A DNA stretch of 59,097 nt, taken from an uncultured Candidatus Saccharibacteria bacterium. GTDB lineage: Bacteria; Patescibacteriota; Minisyncoccia; Phycocordibacterales; GWA1-40-21. The first letter of the stretch is position 1, and each line of letters starts with the position of its first letter. The notes below the pieces were generated by a model that was not told the origin of the DNA, did no database searches, and was given only the letters and a program-made list of their open reading frames with translations. The position numbers were made by a program, and so were the translations under genes. Location of the stretch: contig CAZAJY010000001.1 in assembly GCA_964485905.1 (NCBI GenBank), positions 1-59,097 of the forward strand. Direction: 5' to 3'. Positions 44,918 to 53,440 of the stretch are shown here, piece after piece.

Positions 44918-46447
44918 ATGTCATTAAAAATTGTATTTTTGTTAGCCGGTGTGGCGGGTCTAATTGGCATCGCTCTTGGTTATTTCTTGCGTATGATTAT
45001 TTCCCTAGGTAAGAGAGGCTCTATGGAGCTGGAGATAAAGGGAATGATGCTTCAAGCTAAGGAGGAAGCAAAAAAGGTTATCTTGGAAGCAGAGAATAAA
45101 GCGGTTGAGACCTTAAAAGATATAAAAAGAGAAGCAAAAGAAAAAGAGGATGCAGCTAAAATTGTTGAGGCTCGCTTAATCAAAAAAGAGGATCTTTTGG
45201 ATCAAAGACAAATTGATATTGATAAAGAAGTAGAAAATATCAAAAAGAAAATCGATGAGATAAAAGAGATTAGGGCCAAAACGGATAAAATTGAGGAAGA
45301 AAAACTTCAGCAATTAGAAAAAATTGCTAATTTAAGTGTGGAGGAAGCAAAACAAGAAATTTTGAAGTCCACAGAAAAAAAATATGAGGAAGATATTCTA
45401 TCTCGTATTCAAAAACTAGAAATGTTTGGTGAGGAAAAATATGAGGCCAAAGCTAAAGAAATTTTGACTACCGCGATTCAAAGATTGGGTAATTCTGTCG
45501 CATCTGATGTAATGTCTACCATTGTAAATATTCCATCCGATGAAATGAAGGGAAAAATTATCGGAAAAGAAGGAAAAAATATTAAAGCATTTGAAAGGGC
45601 AACGGGGGTAGAAGTTTTAGTGGATGATACTCCAGGCGCTGTAACTATTTCTTCTTTCGATCCTGTGCGCCGACAAGTCGCTCGTGTTGCTTTGGAAAAT
45701 TTACTTATTGATGGCCGTATTCAACCAGTAAAGATTGAAAAATTGGTTGAGGAAGCCAAATTAAGTATTAATAAAATTATTAAGGAAAAAGGTGAGGCCG
45801 CCGCTTATGAGTGTGGGGTTTTCAATATGGATCCACGTATTGTGGCTATTCTGGGACGTCTACATTTCAGGACTAGTTTTGGTCAAAATGTTTTACAACA
45901 TTCTATCGAAATGGCTCATATTGCTGGTATGATTGCCGAAGAAATGGGTGCTAATGTGGCGGTCGCCAAAGCTGGTGCCCTCTTACATGATATTGGTAAG
46001 GCAGTGGATCATGAAGTTGCTGGAACACACGTGGAAATCGGTAAAAGAATTTTGCAAAAATTCGGTGCGAGTGAAGATATTATCAAAGCCATGCAAAGTC
46101 ATCATGAGGAAACCCCTTATGAAACCGTTGAATCTATTATTGTACAAGTCGCTGATGCTATCTCTGGTAGTCGTCCAGGTGCACGCCGAGATAATATTGA
46201 AAATTATATTAAAAGATTACAGGAACTTGAGGCCTTAGCCAATTCTTTCAAGGGCGTAGAAAAATCATATGCCCTACAAGCTGGTCGTGAAGTGCGTGTC
46301 TTTGTTACCCCTGAAGATATTTCCGACCTAGAGGCCAAAGAACTCGCTCATGATATCGCTGCCAAAATCGAAACTGATCTAAAGTATCCAGGCGAAATCA
46401 AGGTGAATGTGATAAGGGAGCTCCGAGTTATAGAATACGCAAGATAA
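44918..46447 (+). CDS. rny: ribonuclease Y
   Basis: N-terminal TM, coiled coil, KH domain (GKEGKNIKAFE) and HD domain (LLHDIGK). Confidence 0.92.
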   Translation: MSLKIVFLLAGVAGLIGIALGYFLRMIISLGKRGSMELEIKGMMLQAKEEAKKVILEAENKAVETLKDIKREAKEKEDAAKIVEARLIKKEDLLDQRQIDIDKEVENIKKKIDEIKEIRAKTDKIEEEKLQQLEKIANLSVEEAKQEILKSTEKKYEEDILSRIQKLEMFGEEKYEAKAKEILTTAIQRLGNSVASDVMSTIVNIPSDEMKGKIIGKEGKNIKAFERATGVEVLVDDTPGAVTISSFDPVRRQVARVALENLLIDGRIQPVKIEKLVEEAKLSINKIIKEKGEAAAYECGVFNMDPRIVAILGRLHFRTSFGQNVLQHSIEMAHIAGMIAEEMGANVAVAKAGALLHDIGKAVDHEVAGTHVEIGKRILQKFGASEDIIKAMQSHHEETPYETVESIIVQVADAISGSRPGARRDNIENYIKRLQELEALANSFKGVEKSYALQAGREVRVFVTPEDISDLEAKELAHDIAAKIETDLKYPGEIKVNVIRELRVIEYAR

Positions 46448-46564
46448 AATACCAGCTTTTGTCAAGTTTTTCCCCCTCTTGCCCTTTATTTATAAGGGTA
46501 TATAATGAAATGGTATAAATAAGGTCGAAAAATTATTAAAAGTTTGCTTGCTCGCGCGAGCAAT

Positions 46565-46592
46565 TAATCTCTCGATGAAAACTCGAGACAAG
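46565..46592 (+). promoter_or_regulatory. conserved 5' leader hairpin (TAATC-TCTCGA-loop-TCGAGA-CAAG) immediately upstream of hup
   Basis: taatctctcgatgaaaactcgagacaag ends 8 nt before the ATG. It is a homolog of 18369-18396. Confidence 0.55.
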
Positions 46593-46600
46593 TAAATAAT

Positions 46601-46873
46601 ATGAATAAACAAGCAATTGTAGAAGCCGTACATGGCATTCTAAATACTACAAAAGTTCAAGCTGAACAAATTGTGGATAAGGTTTTTGATTCAATCGTCG
46701 CTACTTTGAAGAAGGGTGAGGAGGTATCGGTCGCTGGACTTGGTATCTTCTCAGTCAAGCAAAGAGCCGCTCGAGATGCTAGAAATCCTCGAACTGGTGA
46801 GACCGTTAAGGTCGCCGCCATGAAGGTTCCTAAATTCCGCGCCGCTAAGGCCTTGAAGGAAGCGGTTAAATAA
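46601..46873 (+). CDS. hup: HU family DNA-binding protein
   Basis: 90 aa containing GFGIF-like GLGIFSVKQRAARDARNPRTGE. Confidence 0.92.
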   Translation: MNKQAIVEAVHGILNTTKVQAEQIVDKVFDSIVATLKKGEEVSVAGLGIFSVKQRAARDARNPRTGETVKVAAMKVPKFRAAKALKEAVK

Positions 46874-46925
46874 GAAAAGTATAAGTATCTGGTATAAGTA
46901 TTTAGTACAAATACAAATATCAAAC

Positions 46926-46959
46926 AAAAACCATTCGCCTGATTAGGCGAATGGTTTTT
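46926..46959. terminator. bidirectional intrinsic terminator after hup
   Basis: AAAAACCATTCGCC-tgatta-GGCGAATGGTTTTT. Confidence 0.8.
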
Positions 46960-46974
46960 GAATTCTCAAATAGA

Positions 46975-47007
46975 AATAGGACCGGCCACCACTGGCTCGG
47001 TCCTATT
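46975..47007 (-). terminator. hairpin terminator overlapping the stop of the 47003 ORF
   Basis: Perfect 10-bp stem AATAGGACCG/CGGTCCTATT. Confidence 0.6.
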
Positions 47008-47299
47008 CAGTACAAACAAAGAAAAGTTCCTCCTTCTCCTGCCCTCCAACGACAGTCTTCAGCTTTACGGGGATCTTGAAGATCTCCTGAACATCTTTCC
47101 GTTCCAAAAAAGCTTTTGTACCATATCTGACAAGCACCTGTTCCTGAGTTCCAGGAATTACTACAGCCTCATTACTTTCCCCCATGGAAAGAGCAATTTT
47201 AGCAGCTTCTTCAGCTACTTCTGGGGCAAGTGTAAAACCCATAAGGGCCTCGCTTTCTTGTTTTTCATTTTTGATCATTTCCATATAATATATTAACAA
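47003..47299 (-). CDS. hypothetical acidic small protein downstream of the kinase-like gene
   Basis: 98-aa ORF (likely start MEMIKNEK), 1 nt after the kinase ORF stop. No family recognised. Confidence 0.45.
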   Translation of the reverse strand: MLIYYMEMIKNEKQESEALMGFTLAPEVAEEAAKIALSMGESNEAVVIPGTQEQVLVRYGTKAFLERKDVQEIFKIPVKLKTVVGGQEKEELFFVCTE

Positions 47300-47300
47300 A

Positions 47301-47906
47301 TTAATTATTAACTGTCAATTTTGTTCTTAATTTTTTAATAACAGCTCTAACCATTGATTCATCGGAAGTTAAAATTATATCTCGTCCATTTTTAGTAATA
47401 TGATATGGGCCTCGCTCCCCGGGCTCTGGTTGACCAAAAAATCTTGCGGACGCTCCAAAATCGATCACATAAACTTGCCCGGTTTCTTTATCAACCATAA
47501 TATTTCCTTCGTGCAAATCTCGATGATAAATATTTTTTTGATGCATTTTTTCTACAAAATCCATCAGATCTTTTTGAAAATTTACTAAATCAAAATTAGC
47601 TGGCAATTCAGCTCGCCCTTGTAATATATCATCAATACTAACTGCTGGTAGGGCTTCCATCATTAAAAAATCATGTCCGTTTTTATCATCATCCTCAAAG
47701 GCTGAATAAACTACTGGTACTCTAGCCTTTGTTGGTAACCTTTTGAGATCAGCTAAAAATTTTTCTTCCTTGGCTGGTGCTAAATAGAAACCAACGCCAG
47801 ATATTTGCTCTGGCTTTTTAAAAATTTTAATACAAATCATCTCTTTAAAATTAAGAAAAGAAACATGAGCCGTCCTTCCTTCCCCAAGTCTAGAGGTGGT
47901 ATCCAT
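47301..47906 (-). CDS. small protein kinase-like protein (ePK/Kdo/RIO-like fold)
   Basis: 201 aa with catalytic loop HRDLHEGNIMV, a DFG motif (VIDFGAS) and an upstream Lys (ICIKIFKK). Confidence 0.65.
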   Translation of the reverse strand: MDTTSRLGEGRTAHVSFLNFKEMICIKIFKKPEQISGVGFYLAPAKEEKFLADLKRLPTKARVPVVYSAFEDDDKNGHDFLMMEALPAVSIDDILQGRAELPANFDLVNFQKDLMDFVEKMHQKNIYHRDLHEGNIMVDKETGQVYVIDFGASARFFGQPEPGERGPYHITKNGRDIILTSDESMVRAVIKKLRTKLTVNN

Positions 47907-48025
47907 TAATAAAGACTATACTTCTGCCTCATGACCACGAAGCACGTCTTTAATATATTCATCATACTCTGGATTAGTCACCATTTTCTCTGTTTCAAAT
48001 GTCATAATTTTTATTTTAATTTAAG

Positions 48026-48096
48026 TGCGGGCGGCGGGAGTCGAACCCGCGACACCAGTTTGGAAAACTGGAGTTTTACCGTTAAACTACGCCCGC
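48026..48096 (-). tRNA. tRNA-Gly (anticodon UCC), no encoded CCA
   Basis: Hand fold: acceptor GCGGGCG/CGCCCGC, anticodon stem CCAGT/ACTGG with loop TTTCCAA, T arm GCGGG-TTCGACT-CCCGC. Confidence 0.85.
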
Positions 48097-48152
48097 ATTT
48101 TACCCCGAAAGAACCCTCATATTATACATAAAAAGTCGATAAATAAAAGTGG

Positions 48153-48452
48153 TTAGATACCCTTAGCAATTTTAAGAACTTCATCAAAATTATCATCCTT
48201 CTCTACTTTCTTTCGGCGAATAAAAGAGCACTTCTCACAACGATAAGTTAAAAAATATTCTCCATGTTCCGCGTCCACTCGAATTGGTCGCATCATTCCC
48301 TGACAATCAGAAGCACGGTCACCAGGATTCAGGTCCACATGTTTGCTCCATAAACATTTTGGGCAATGATTAGTATAGCCATCCCCTATCACCTTAGCCC
48401 CGCAGTGTTCACAAATAAAATCTTCTACTGTCTTTTGAAAAAGTTTACCCAT
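48153..48452 (-). CDS. RNHCP domain protein (Zn-ribbon)
   Basis: 99 aa with CEHCG...YTNHCPKCLWSKH...CEKC. Confidence 0.7.
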   Translation of the reverse strand: MGKLFQKTVEDFICEHCGAKVIGDGYTNHCPKCLWSKHVDLNPGDRASDCQGMMRPIRVDAEHGEYFLTYRCEKCSFIRRKKVEKDDNFDEVLKIAKGI

Positions 48453-48459
48453 GCAATGA

Positions 48460-48828
48460 TTATAACCCTTGGTTAGGATTAGAGAAAATAGTTTTAGCTA
48501 AACCCTTAACGTCTTGAACAAAGAATTCTAATTCTCTCATAGAGAATTTAGGCAAACCACCAGGTTGAACTGTTCCATAATCTCTAGATATCTCAGTATA
48601 TCTTTTTCGTTTTTCTATCTCTGATGTTTCATTATAAAAATCATTCATATCACCATCTTCTAAAGATTTTCGTAATCTCATATACCACTCCAGTTCATTA
48701 ATCACCCTAGATAATTCTTCCTCTCGAGTTTTGTCATCCTTGCCCCCATTCCAAACTCTTATCTTTATTTCTGCTAAATAATCTTTGGTCAAGGGCGACC
48801 GCTCATCATTATTATTTAATGTTTCCAT
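48460..48828 (-). CDS. hypothetical protein
   Basis: The ORF extends to 48966. The start METLNNND is preferred, since a hydrophobic, low-complexity N-terminal extension seems unlikely. No family recognised. Confidence 0.4.
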   Translation of the reverse strand: METLNNNDERSPLTKDYLAEIKIRVWNGGKDDKTREEELSRVINELEWYMRLRKSLEDGDMNDFYNETSEIEKRKRYTEISRDYGTVQPGGLPKFSMRELEFFVQDVKGLAKTIFSNPNQGL

Positions 48829-49063
48829 ACCCCCTATTCTTCCATAAAAAAGAAAGAAAAGAAAGGCGCCGGGATACGTGAATACACATTTGACCTCGGC
48901 TAAAACGGGAATTTTGAAACTTACAGTTTCAGTACAGGTTTCCCATTTTTTCGTGATAAGAATCACTTAAAAATATGGGAGAACTTTTTCAAATCCCTAA
49001 AAATGCTTAGTCGCATTTTTACGCCCAGCAAATTAAAAACGGCCTTAATGCCGTTTAAATTTG

Positions 49064-49134
49064 TCGGGGCGCCGGGATTTGAACCCGAACTGCATGCTCC
49101 CAAAGCATGTATGCTACCGTTACACCACGCCCCG
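49064..49134 (-). tRNA. tRNA-Pro (anticodon UGG), no encoded CCA
   Basis: Hand fold: acceptor CGGGGCG/CGCCCCG, anticodon stem CATGC/GCATG with loop TTTGGGA, T loop TTCAAAT. A terminator hairpin AAACGGC/GCCGTTT follows at 49040-49059. Confidence 0.85.
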
Positions 49135-49183
49135 ATATATTTACTAACTAAAAGATATTAGCATAGTTTTCTAATATCTCAAA

Positions 49184-49567
49184 CTACAATATTATATCCT
49201 CCAGCCAATTCACCTTAGCTTGCATGGTTTTGAGGTCCAAATATACGGTCATCACATCAAATTGCCAGTCGGGATTGCCCCGCTGTCCAAGCAAATACGT
49301 CTGAATTACTCGGCTTAATCTTTTCAATTTCCACGGGTGCAAATTATCCTCCGGCCTATAATTATCCTCTTCATATCCTTTTCCATCATTTTTAGCCTTA
49401 ATATACAGCATATGAGACACCGACTTTACTTCAATAAAGTGCAACTTCTCATTTTTTCTAGAAATGATGTCAATTTCTCCCCATTTCTTTAAATAATTCT
49501 TCTCCACAATCTCAAAACCACGTTTCACAAGAAACTTACAAGCCATATTTTCCCCCAAATCCCCCAT
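49184..49567 (-). CDS. yraN: YraN family (UPF0102) endonuclease-like protein
   Basis: Contains GDLGENMACKFLVKRGFEIVEKNY...GEIDIISRK...FIEVKS. The ORF extends to 49618. Confidence 0.75.
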   Translation of the reverse strand: MGDLGENMACKFLVKRGFEIVEKNYLKKWGEIDIISRKNEKLHFIEVKSVSHMLYIKAKNDGKGYEEDNYRPEDNLHPWKLKRLSRVIQTYLLGQRGNPDWQFDVMTVYLDLKTMQAKVNWLEDIIL

Positions 49568-49624
49568 TTTTCTCTTTTCTGTCCGATTATCTTGTTTAGT
49601 ATCTCCTTTTTGTTTCATGTGTAA

Positions 49625-50242
49625 CTATATTTTTCTCAAAGCTATCTCAAACCAACTTTGCCCCCTAATATCTTGTACATTCTTATAAACCACAAAAAAC
49701 TTATATGGGCAAAGTTTTTCAATATCCTCTGGTTTATAAAAATAATAATATTTCTCATCCCCTAAATTCGTTATTTTTTCTTCTTTATACTCCCCATATT
49801 TGGTTGAAATATATAAAATACCCCCAGTTTTAAGGCTTTTATAACATTTCTCAAGAAGACTCTCTAACTCCTCCCGTTTCATGTGTAACATTGAAGCAAA
49901 ACTAAATATTACTCCAAATGTTTCAGTTTCATATGAAACATCTCTTATATCTTTCACGTGAAACTCCCCTTCAAAAACTTTCTGCTTAGCTAACTTAACT
50001 AAACCTTCTGAGGCATCAATTCCCAAATAATTCCCCTTCCCCACTTTAGAAATTATATATTGAGCGTCTCTTCCATTTCCGCAACCAAGTTCCAACACTT
50101 TATTTGATCCACTTTCATTTAATTTCAATGCCCGATCAATATCCTCAAATCTAACGCCATAACTATTAAATTTATCTGCGTAAAACTGCGGATTTTTATC
50201 ATAGGCTTCTACCGTTTTCTTATTTTTGTCTTTTTCGATCAT
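49625..50242 (-). CDS. class I SAM-dependent methyltransferase
   Basis: 205 aa with motif I VLELGCGNGRDA. Confidence 0.75.
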   Translation of the reverse strand: MIEKDKNKKTVEAYDKNPQFYADKFNSYGVRFEDIDRALKLNESGSNKVLELGCGNGRDAQYIISKVGKGNYLGIDASEGLVKLAKQKVFEGEFHVKDIRDVSYETETFGVIFSFASMLHMKREELESLLEKCYKSLKTGGILYISTKYGEYKEEKITNLGDEKYYYFYKPEDIEKLCPYKFFVVYKNVQDIRGQSWFEIALRKI

Positions 50243-50555
50243 GTTTGTTTCACGTGAAACGTTTATTTGCTATTTATAAGACATTTAGTCTGTTTCTTAG
50301 TTTTGTCTGTTTAAAATATCTATATTCTGAGCCGTATTTTAGTAAAAGACTAAATTTTAAGACAAAAACTGACATTTTTGATGATTTTCTAAAAGACGTC
50401 TTTTATACACATATACACATAGTTATCCACATTTTATGAACTCTTTGACCTTTATAAAATAAGCCTTTTGGACGAAAAACTATCTGTAGAGATGTTAAAT
50501 TGTGTCGAAATTTTATCTATCAAAATTTGTAATGTCTGTTAGAAAAAATTAACGC

Positions 50556-50629
50556 TGGTGCGGGCAGGGAGAATCGGACTCCCGTCTGATCCTTGGCAAG
50601 GACCTGTTCTACCACTAAACCATGCCCGC
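50556..50629 (-). tRNA. tRNA-Gly (anticodon GCC) with encoded CCA and an unusual T loop (TCCGATT)
   Basis: Hand fold: acceptor GCGGGCA/TGCCCGC, anticodon loop TTGCCAA, T stem GGGAG/CTCCC, 3' ACCA. Confidence 0.8.
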
Positions 50630-50684
50630 TTTTTGAAAGAACAAAAGTATCATATCAAAAAACTAAAACTCCTGCAAATTTGTG

Positions 50685-50756
50685 CGCCCCCGGCAGGACT
50701 CGAACCCACAATACGACGTCCGAAGCGTCGCGTGATATCCATTTCACTACGGGAGC
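50685..50756 (-). tRNA. tRNA-Arg (anticodon UCG), no encoded CCA
   Basis: Hand fold: acceptor GCTCCCG/CGGGGGC (one G-U pair), D stem GTGA/TCAC, anticodon stem CGACG/CGTCG with loop CTTCGGA, T loop TTCGAGT. Confidence 0.8.
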
Positions 50757-50816
50757 AATAAGCATATAATACATTATATTAGCTAAAAATCAAAATTTAT
50801 ACTAAAATAACAAGAT

Positions 50817-52328
50817 ATGACACCCGATCAATATGAAATAAAGAAACTAGAGATCCCAAAAGAGGTCTTAGAAGCTTCAAAAACCTTGAAAAATAACGGT
50901 TTTGAGGCATATTTGATTGGTGGTTGTGTGCGAGATATTTTATTAAATAGAAAGCCAAAAGATTGGGATCTTACTACAAATGCCAAGCCAGAAGAAATTA
51001 TTTCTATTTTCCCTGATACTTTTTATGAAAATAATTATGGAACGGTTGGTGTAGTTTTTGATAATACTACTGATGAAAGTTTAAAGGTAATTGAAGTTAC
51101 ACCCTATCGTTTGGAATCAGAATATTCCGATAATCGCCGACCAGATCATGTCACTTTCAGTGAAAAATTAGAAGATGACTTACAAAGACGTGACTTTACA
51201 ATTAATGCTATCGCTTTAAATATTGAACAAAATAAAAAGGGAGAAATAGTCGGCAAATTTTTAGATTATTATAAAGGACATTCTGATCTAAAGGACAAGA
51301 TAATACGAACAGTTGGTAGCCCTACTGAACGTTTTCAGGAAGATGGCTTAAGAATATTACGTGCAATAAGGATTTCTACTGAAATTGGCTTTAAAATTAA
51401 TGAAAATACCGAAAAAGCCATAAAAAGTAAAGGAAATCTCCTAAAAAACATAGCAAAAGAGCGTATTCGTCAGGAATTTCAAAGTATTATAATGTCGGAA
51501 AATCCTATGGCAGGAATTGTTTCATGTGAAAAGTTGGGTATTTTGGCATATATTGTGCCAGAATTGCGAAAAACTATCAGTATTGAGCAAAATCGCTCCC
51601 ATATTTATGATGTTTGGGAGCATAGTTTGCGGGCCTTACAGCACGGTGCTGATAAAAAATACTCTTTAGAAATACGTTTGGCGGCCTTGTTTCACGATAT
51701 AGGCAAGCCAGCCAGCAGAAGAAGGGATGAAAAACAAAATCTCTGGACTTTCTATGGCCATGAAGTAATTGGTTCACGTGAAACAGCTAAAATTCTCACG
51801 GAATTACGTTTCCCAAGTAAAATCATTGAAAAAGTGGCAAAATTAGTCAGGTGGCATATGTTTTTCTCGGATACTGAACAAATCACCTTATCGGCTGTCA
51901 GACGAATCATTTCACAGGTAGGGCGAGATAATGTTTGGGACCTGATGAATCTACGATCTTGCGACCGAATTGGTATGGGAAGGCCAAAAGAAAGTCCTTA
52001 TCGCCTAAGAAAATACCATTCCATGATTGAAGAAGCTCTAACAGCTCCAGTTTCTGTCGCTATGCTTAAAATCAATGGCAAAAAACTGATGGATGTTACA
52101 CATGAAACACCGGGACCCAAAATCGGCTATGTTTTACATGCCTTATTTGAAGAAGTTTTAGAGAATCCGGCCTTAAATACCGAGGAATATCTAAATAAAA
52201 GAAGTAAAGAATTGATTAAATTAAGTGAGAAAGCTTTGAAAAAGCTGGGGGATTCGGGAAAAGAACTAAAGGAGAAAGAGGAGGAGAAGAAAATCGAAGA
52301 AATAAGAAAGAAATACTGGGTAAAATAG
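50817..52328 (+). CDS. cca: CCA-adding enzyme / poly(A) polymerase family nucleotidyltransferase with an HD domain
   Basis: GGCVRD motif (LIGGCVRDILL), RDFTINA, and an HD region LFHDIGK. Confidence 0.85.
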   Translation: MTPDQYEIKKLEIPKEVLEASKTLKNNGFEAYLIGGCVRDILLNRKPKDWDLTTNAKPEEIISIFPDTFYENNYGTVGVVFDNTTDESLKVIEVTPYRLESEYSDNRRPDHVTFSEKLEDDLQRRDFTINAIALNIEQNKKGEIVGKFLDYYKGHSDLKDKIIRTVGSPTERFQEDGLRILRAIRISTEIGFKINENTEKAIKSKGNLLKNIAKERIRQEFQSIIMSENPMAGIVSCEKLGILAYIVPELRKTISIEQNRSHIYDVWEHSLRALQHGADKKYSLEIRLAALFHDIGKPASRRRDEKQNLWTFYGHEVIGSRETAKILTELRFPSKIIEKVAKLVRWHMFFSDTEQITLSAVRRIISQVGRDNVWDLMNLRSCDRIGMGRPKESPYRLRKYHSMIEEALTAPVSVAMLKINGKKLMDVTHETPGPKIGYVLHALFEEVLENPALNTEEYLNKRSKELIKLSEKALKKLGDSGKELKEKEEEKKIEEIRKKYWVK

Positions 52329-52655
52329 TTATCCACAGGGTGTCCATTAAATGTCCTTTACAAATGTCCGATAGAAAAAGTATAATAGGTACAGACCAAC
52401 ACAGAAGACAATTTTTCTCCAGTCATTTGTGTTGAAGAAAAAATAGTTCTTTAACGCACAAATGATGTCTGATCAACATCACACATATCACGAAGTTCGG
52501 TAACCGAAAAATAATATAACGGAACCAGCTTCAAAACCGTTCCAAATTGTTTTTCTAAACCGACTTTTGAAAGACTACTAGGAGCGGTTTTTTGATTCCT
52601 ATTTAATTATTACTTCTTAAATACGCTATAGCGTATCTTAAAATTAGAAAAATTT

Positions 52656-53432
52656 TTATTTTAACTGCAACCACACAGGGCAGTGGTCCGAGCCGAACAT
52701 ATTATCTAAAATTTTAGCAGACTTGAGGCGGGGGAGGAGGTCAGGGGAAATGAAAAAATAATCCAAACGCCAGCCGACATTGCGGTCGCGAGCGAAAGTC
52801 TTCATATCCCACCAACTATATTTCACTTCTTCAGGATGTAGATGACGAAAAGTATCAATATAACCAGTCTTTATGACCTTATCTAACCAATCCCTTTCAA
52901 TGCGCAAAAAACCAGTGTGATCAGAATTTTCTTTTGGCCGAGCCAAGTCAATTTCATTATGGGCCGTATTTATATCACCAGTAAAAATAATACTTTTACC
53001 TTGCTTCCTTAACTTTTCAATATATTTTAAAAACTGATCGTAAAATTCTAATTTATATTTCAATCGAGCCGGATCTTCGCCGCCATTAGGAAAGTAGCCA
53101 TTTAAGATCACCGTATCTTCCAAATAAATTGCAATTAATCTCCCTTCCTGATCCAATTTTTTCATCCCGGTTCCATACTCAATACTAAATACTTTATACT
53201 CACTACTCTTCTTAACATAAATCGCCGTTCCACTATATCCCTGACGCATTTTAGAATGATCAAAATAAGCTAAATAACCAGCCGGATTTCGGACCTCTTC
53301 GGGTAATTGTTCGGCCATCGCTTTAGTTTCCTGCAAACAAAAAATGTCTGGATCCAATTCAAATATAGAATCAAAAGCCCCTTTTTTATAAAAGGCGCGC
53401 AGTCCATTTACATTCCATGACAAAAGTTTCAT
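52656..53432 (-). CDS. xth: exodeoxyribonuclease III
   Basis: 258 aa with LSWNVNG, CLQETK, GDINTAH and SDHCPV. Confidence 0.92.
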   Translation of the reverse strand: MKLLSWNVNGLRAFYKKGAFDSIFELDPDIFCLQETKAMAEQLPEEVRNPAGYLAYFDHSKMRQGYSGTAIYVKKSSEYKVFSIEYGTGMKKLDQEGRLIAIYLEDTVILNGYFPNGGEDPARLKYKLEFYDQFLKYIEKLRKQGKSIIFTGDINTAHNEIDLARPKENSDHTGFLRIERDWLDKVIKTGYIDTFRHLHPEEVKYSWWDMKTFARDRNVGWRLDYFFISPDLLPRLKSAKILDNMFGSDHCPVWLQLK

Positions 53433-53440
53433 ATAATTTT

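Noticed and set aside
47931-48131. ORF 47931-48131 (+), and ORF 50558-50761 (+)
   Set aside because: Both overlap tRNA genes on the opposite strand (tRNA-Gly UCC; tRNA-Gly GCC and tRNA-Arg). They are translation artefacts of structured RNA genes.
50245-50439. 64-aa plus-strand ORF in the tRNA/methyltransferase intergenic region
   Set aside because: The translation is low-complexity and Phe/Leu/Ile-rich, there is no RBS, and the region is better described by its repeats and palindromes.
27710-52336. Other nested or antisense ORFs (27710-27979, 27748-27939, 32879-33061, 34063-34287, 37201-37440, 38294-38964, 39975-40217, 41759-41983, 42836-43039, 43427-43787, 45933-46238, 46657-46923, 46958-47296, 47400-47588, 51577-51777, 52127-52336, 55314-55574, 57789-58001)
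   Set aside because: They overlap stronger ORFs that have recognisable domains, and no independent support was seen.
39446-52337. A chromosomal replication origin inferred from three perfect DnaA-box 9-mers (39446, 50423, 52329) plus a near match at 4488
   Set aside because: The boxes are 2-13 kb apart rather than clustered. There is no adjacent dnaA or dnaN and no obvious AT-rich unwinding-element repeats. A count of three is only mildly above chance for a 9-mer in 59 kb. I kept this as low-interest notes within other findings.
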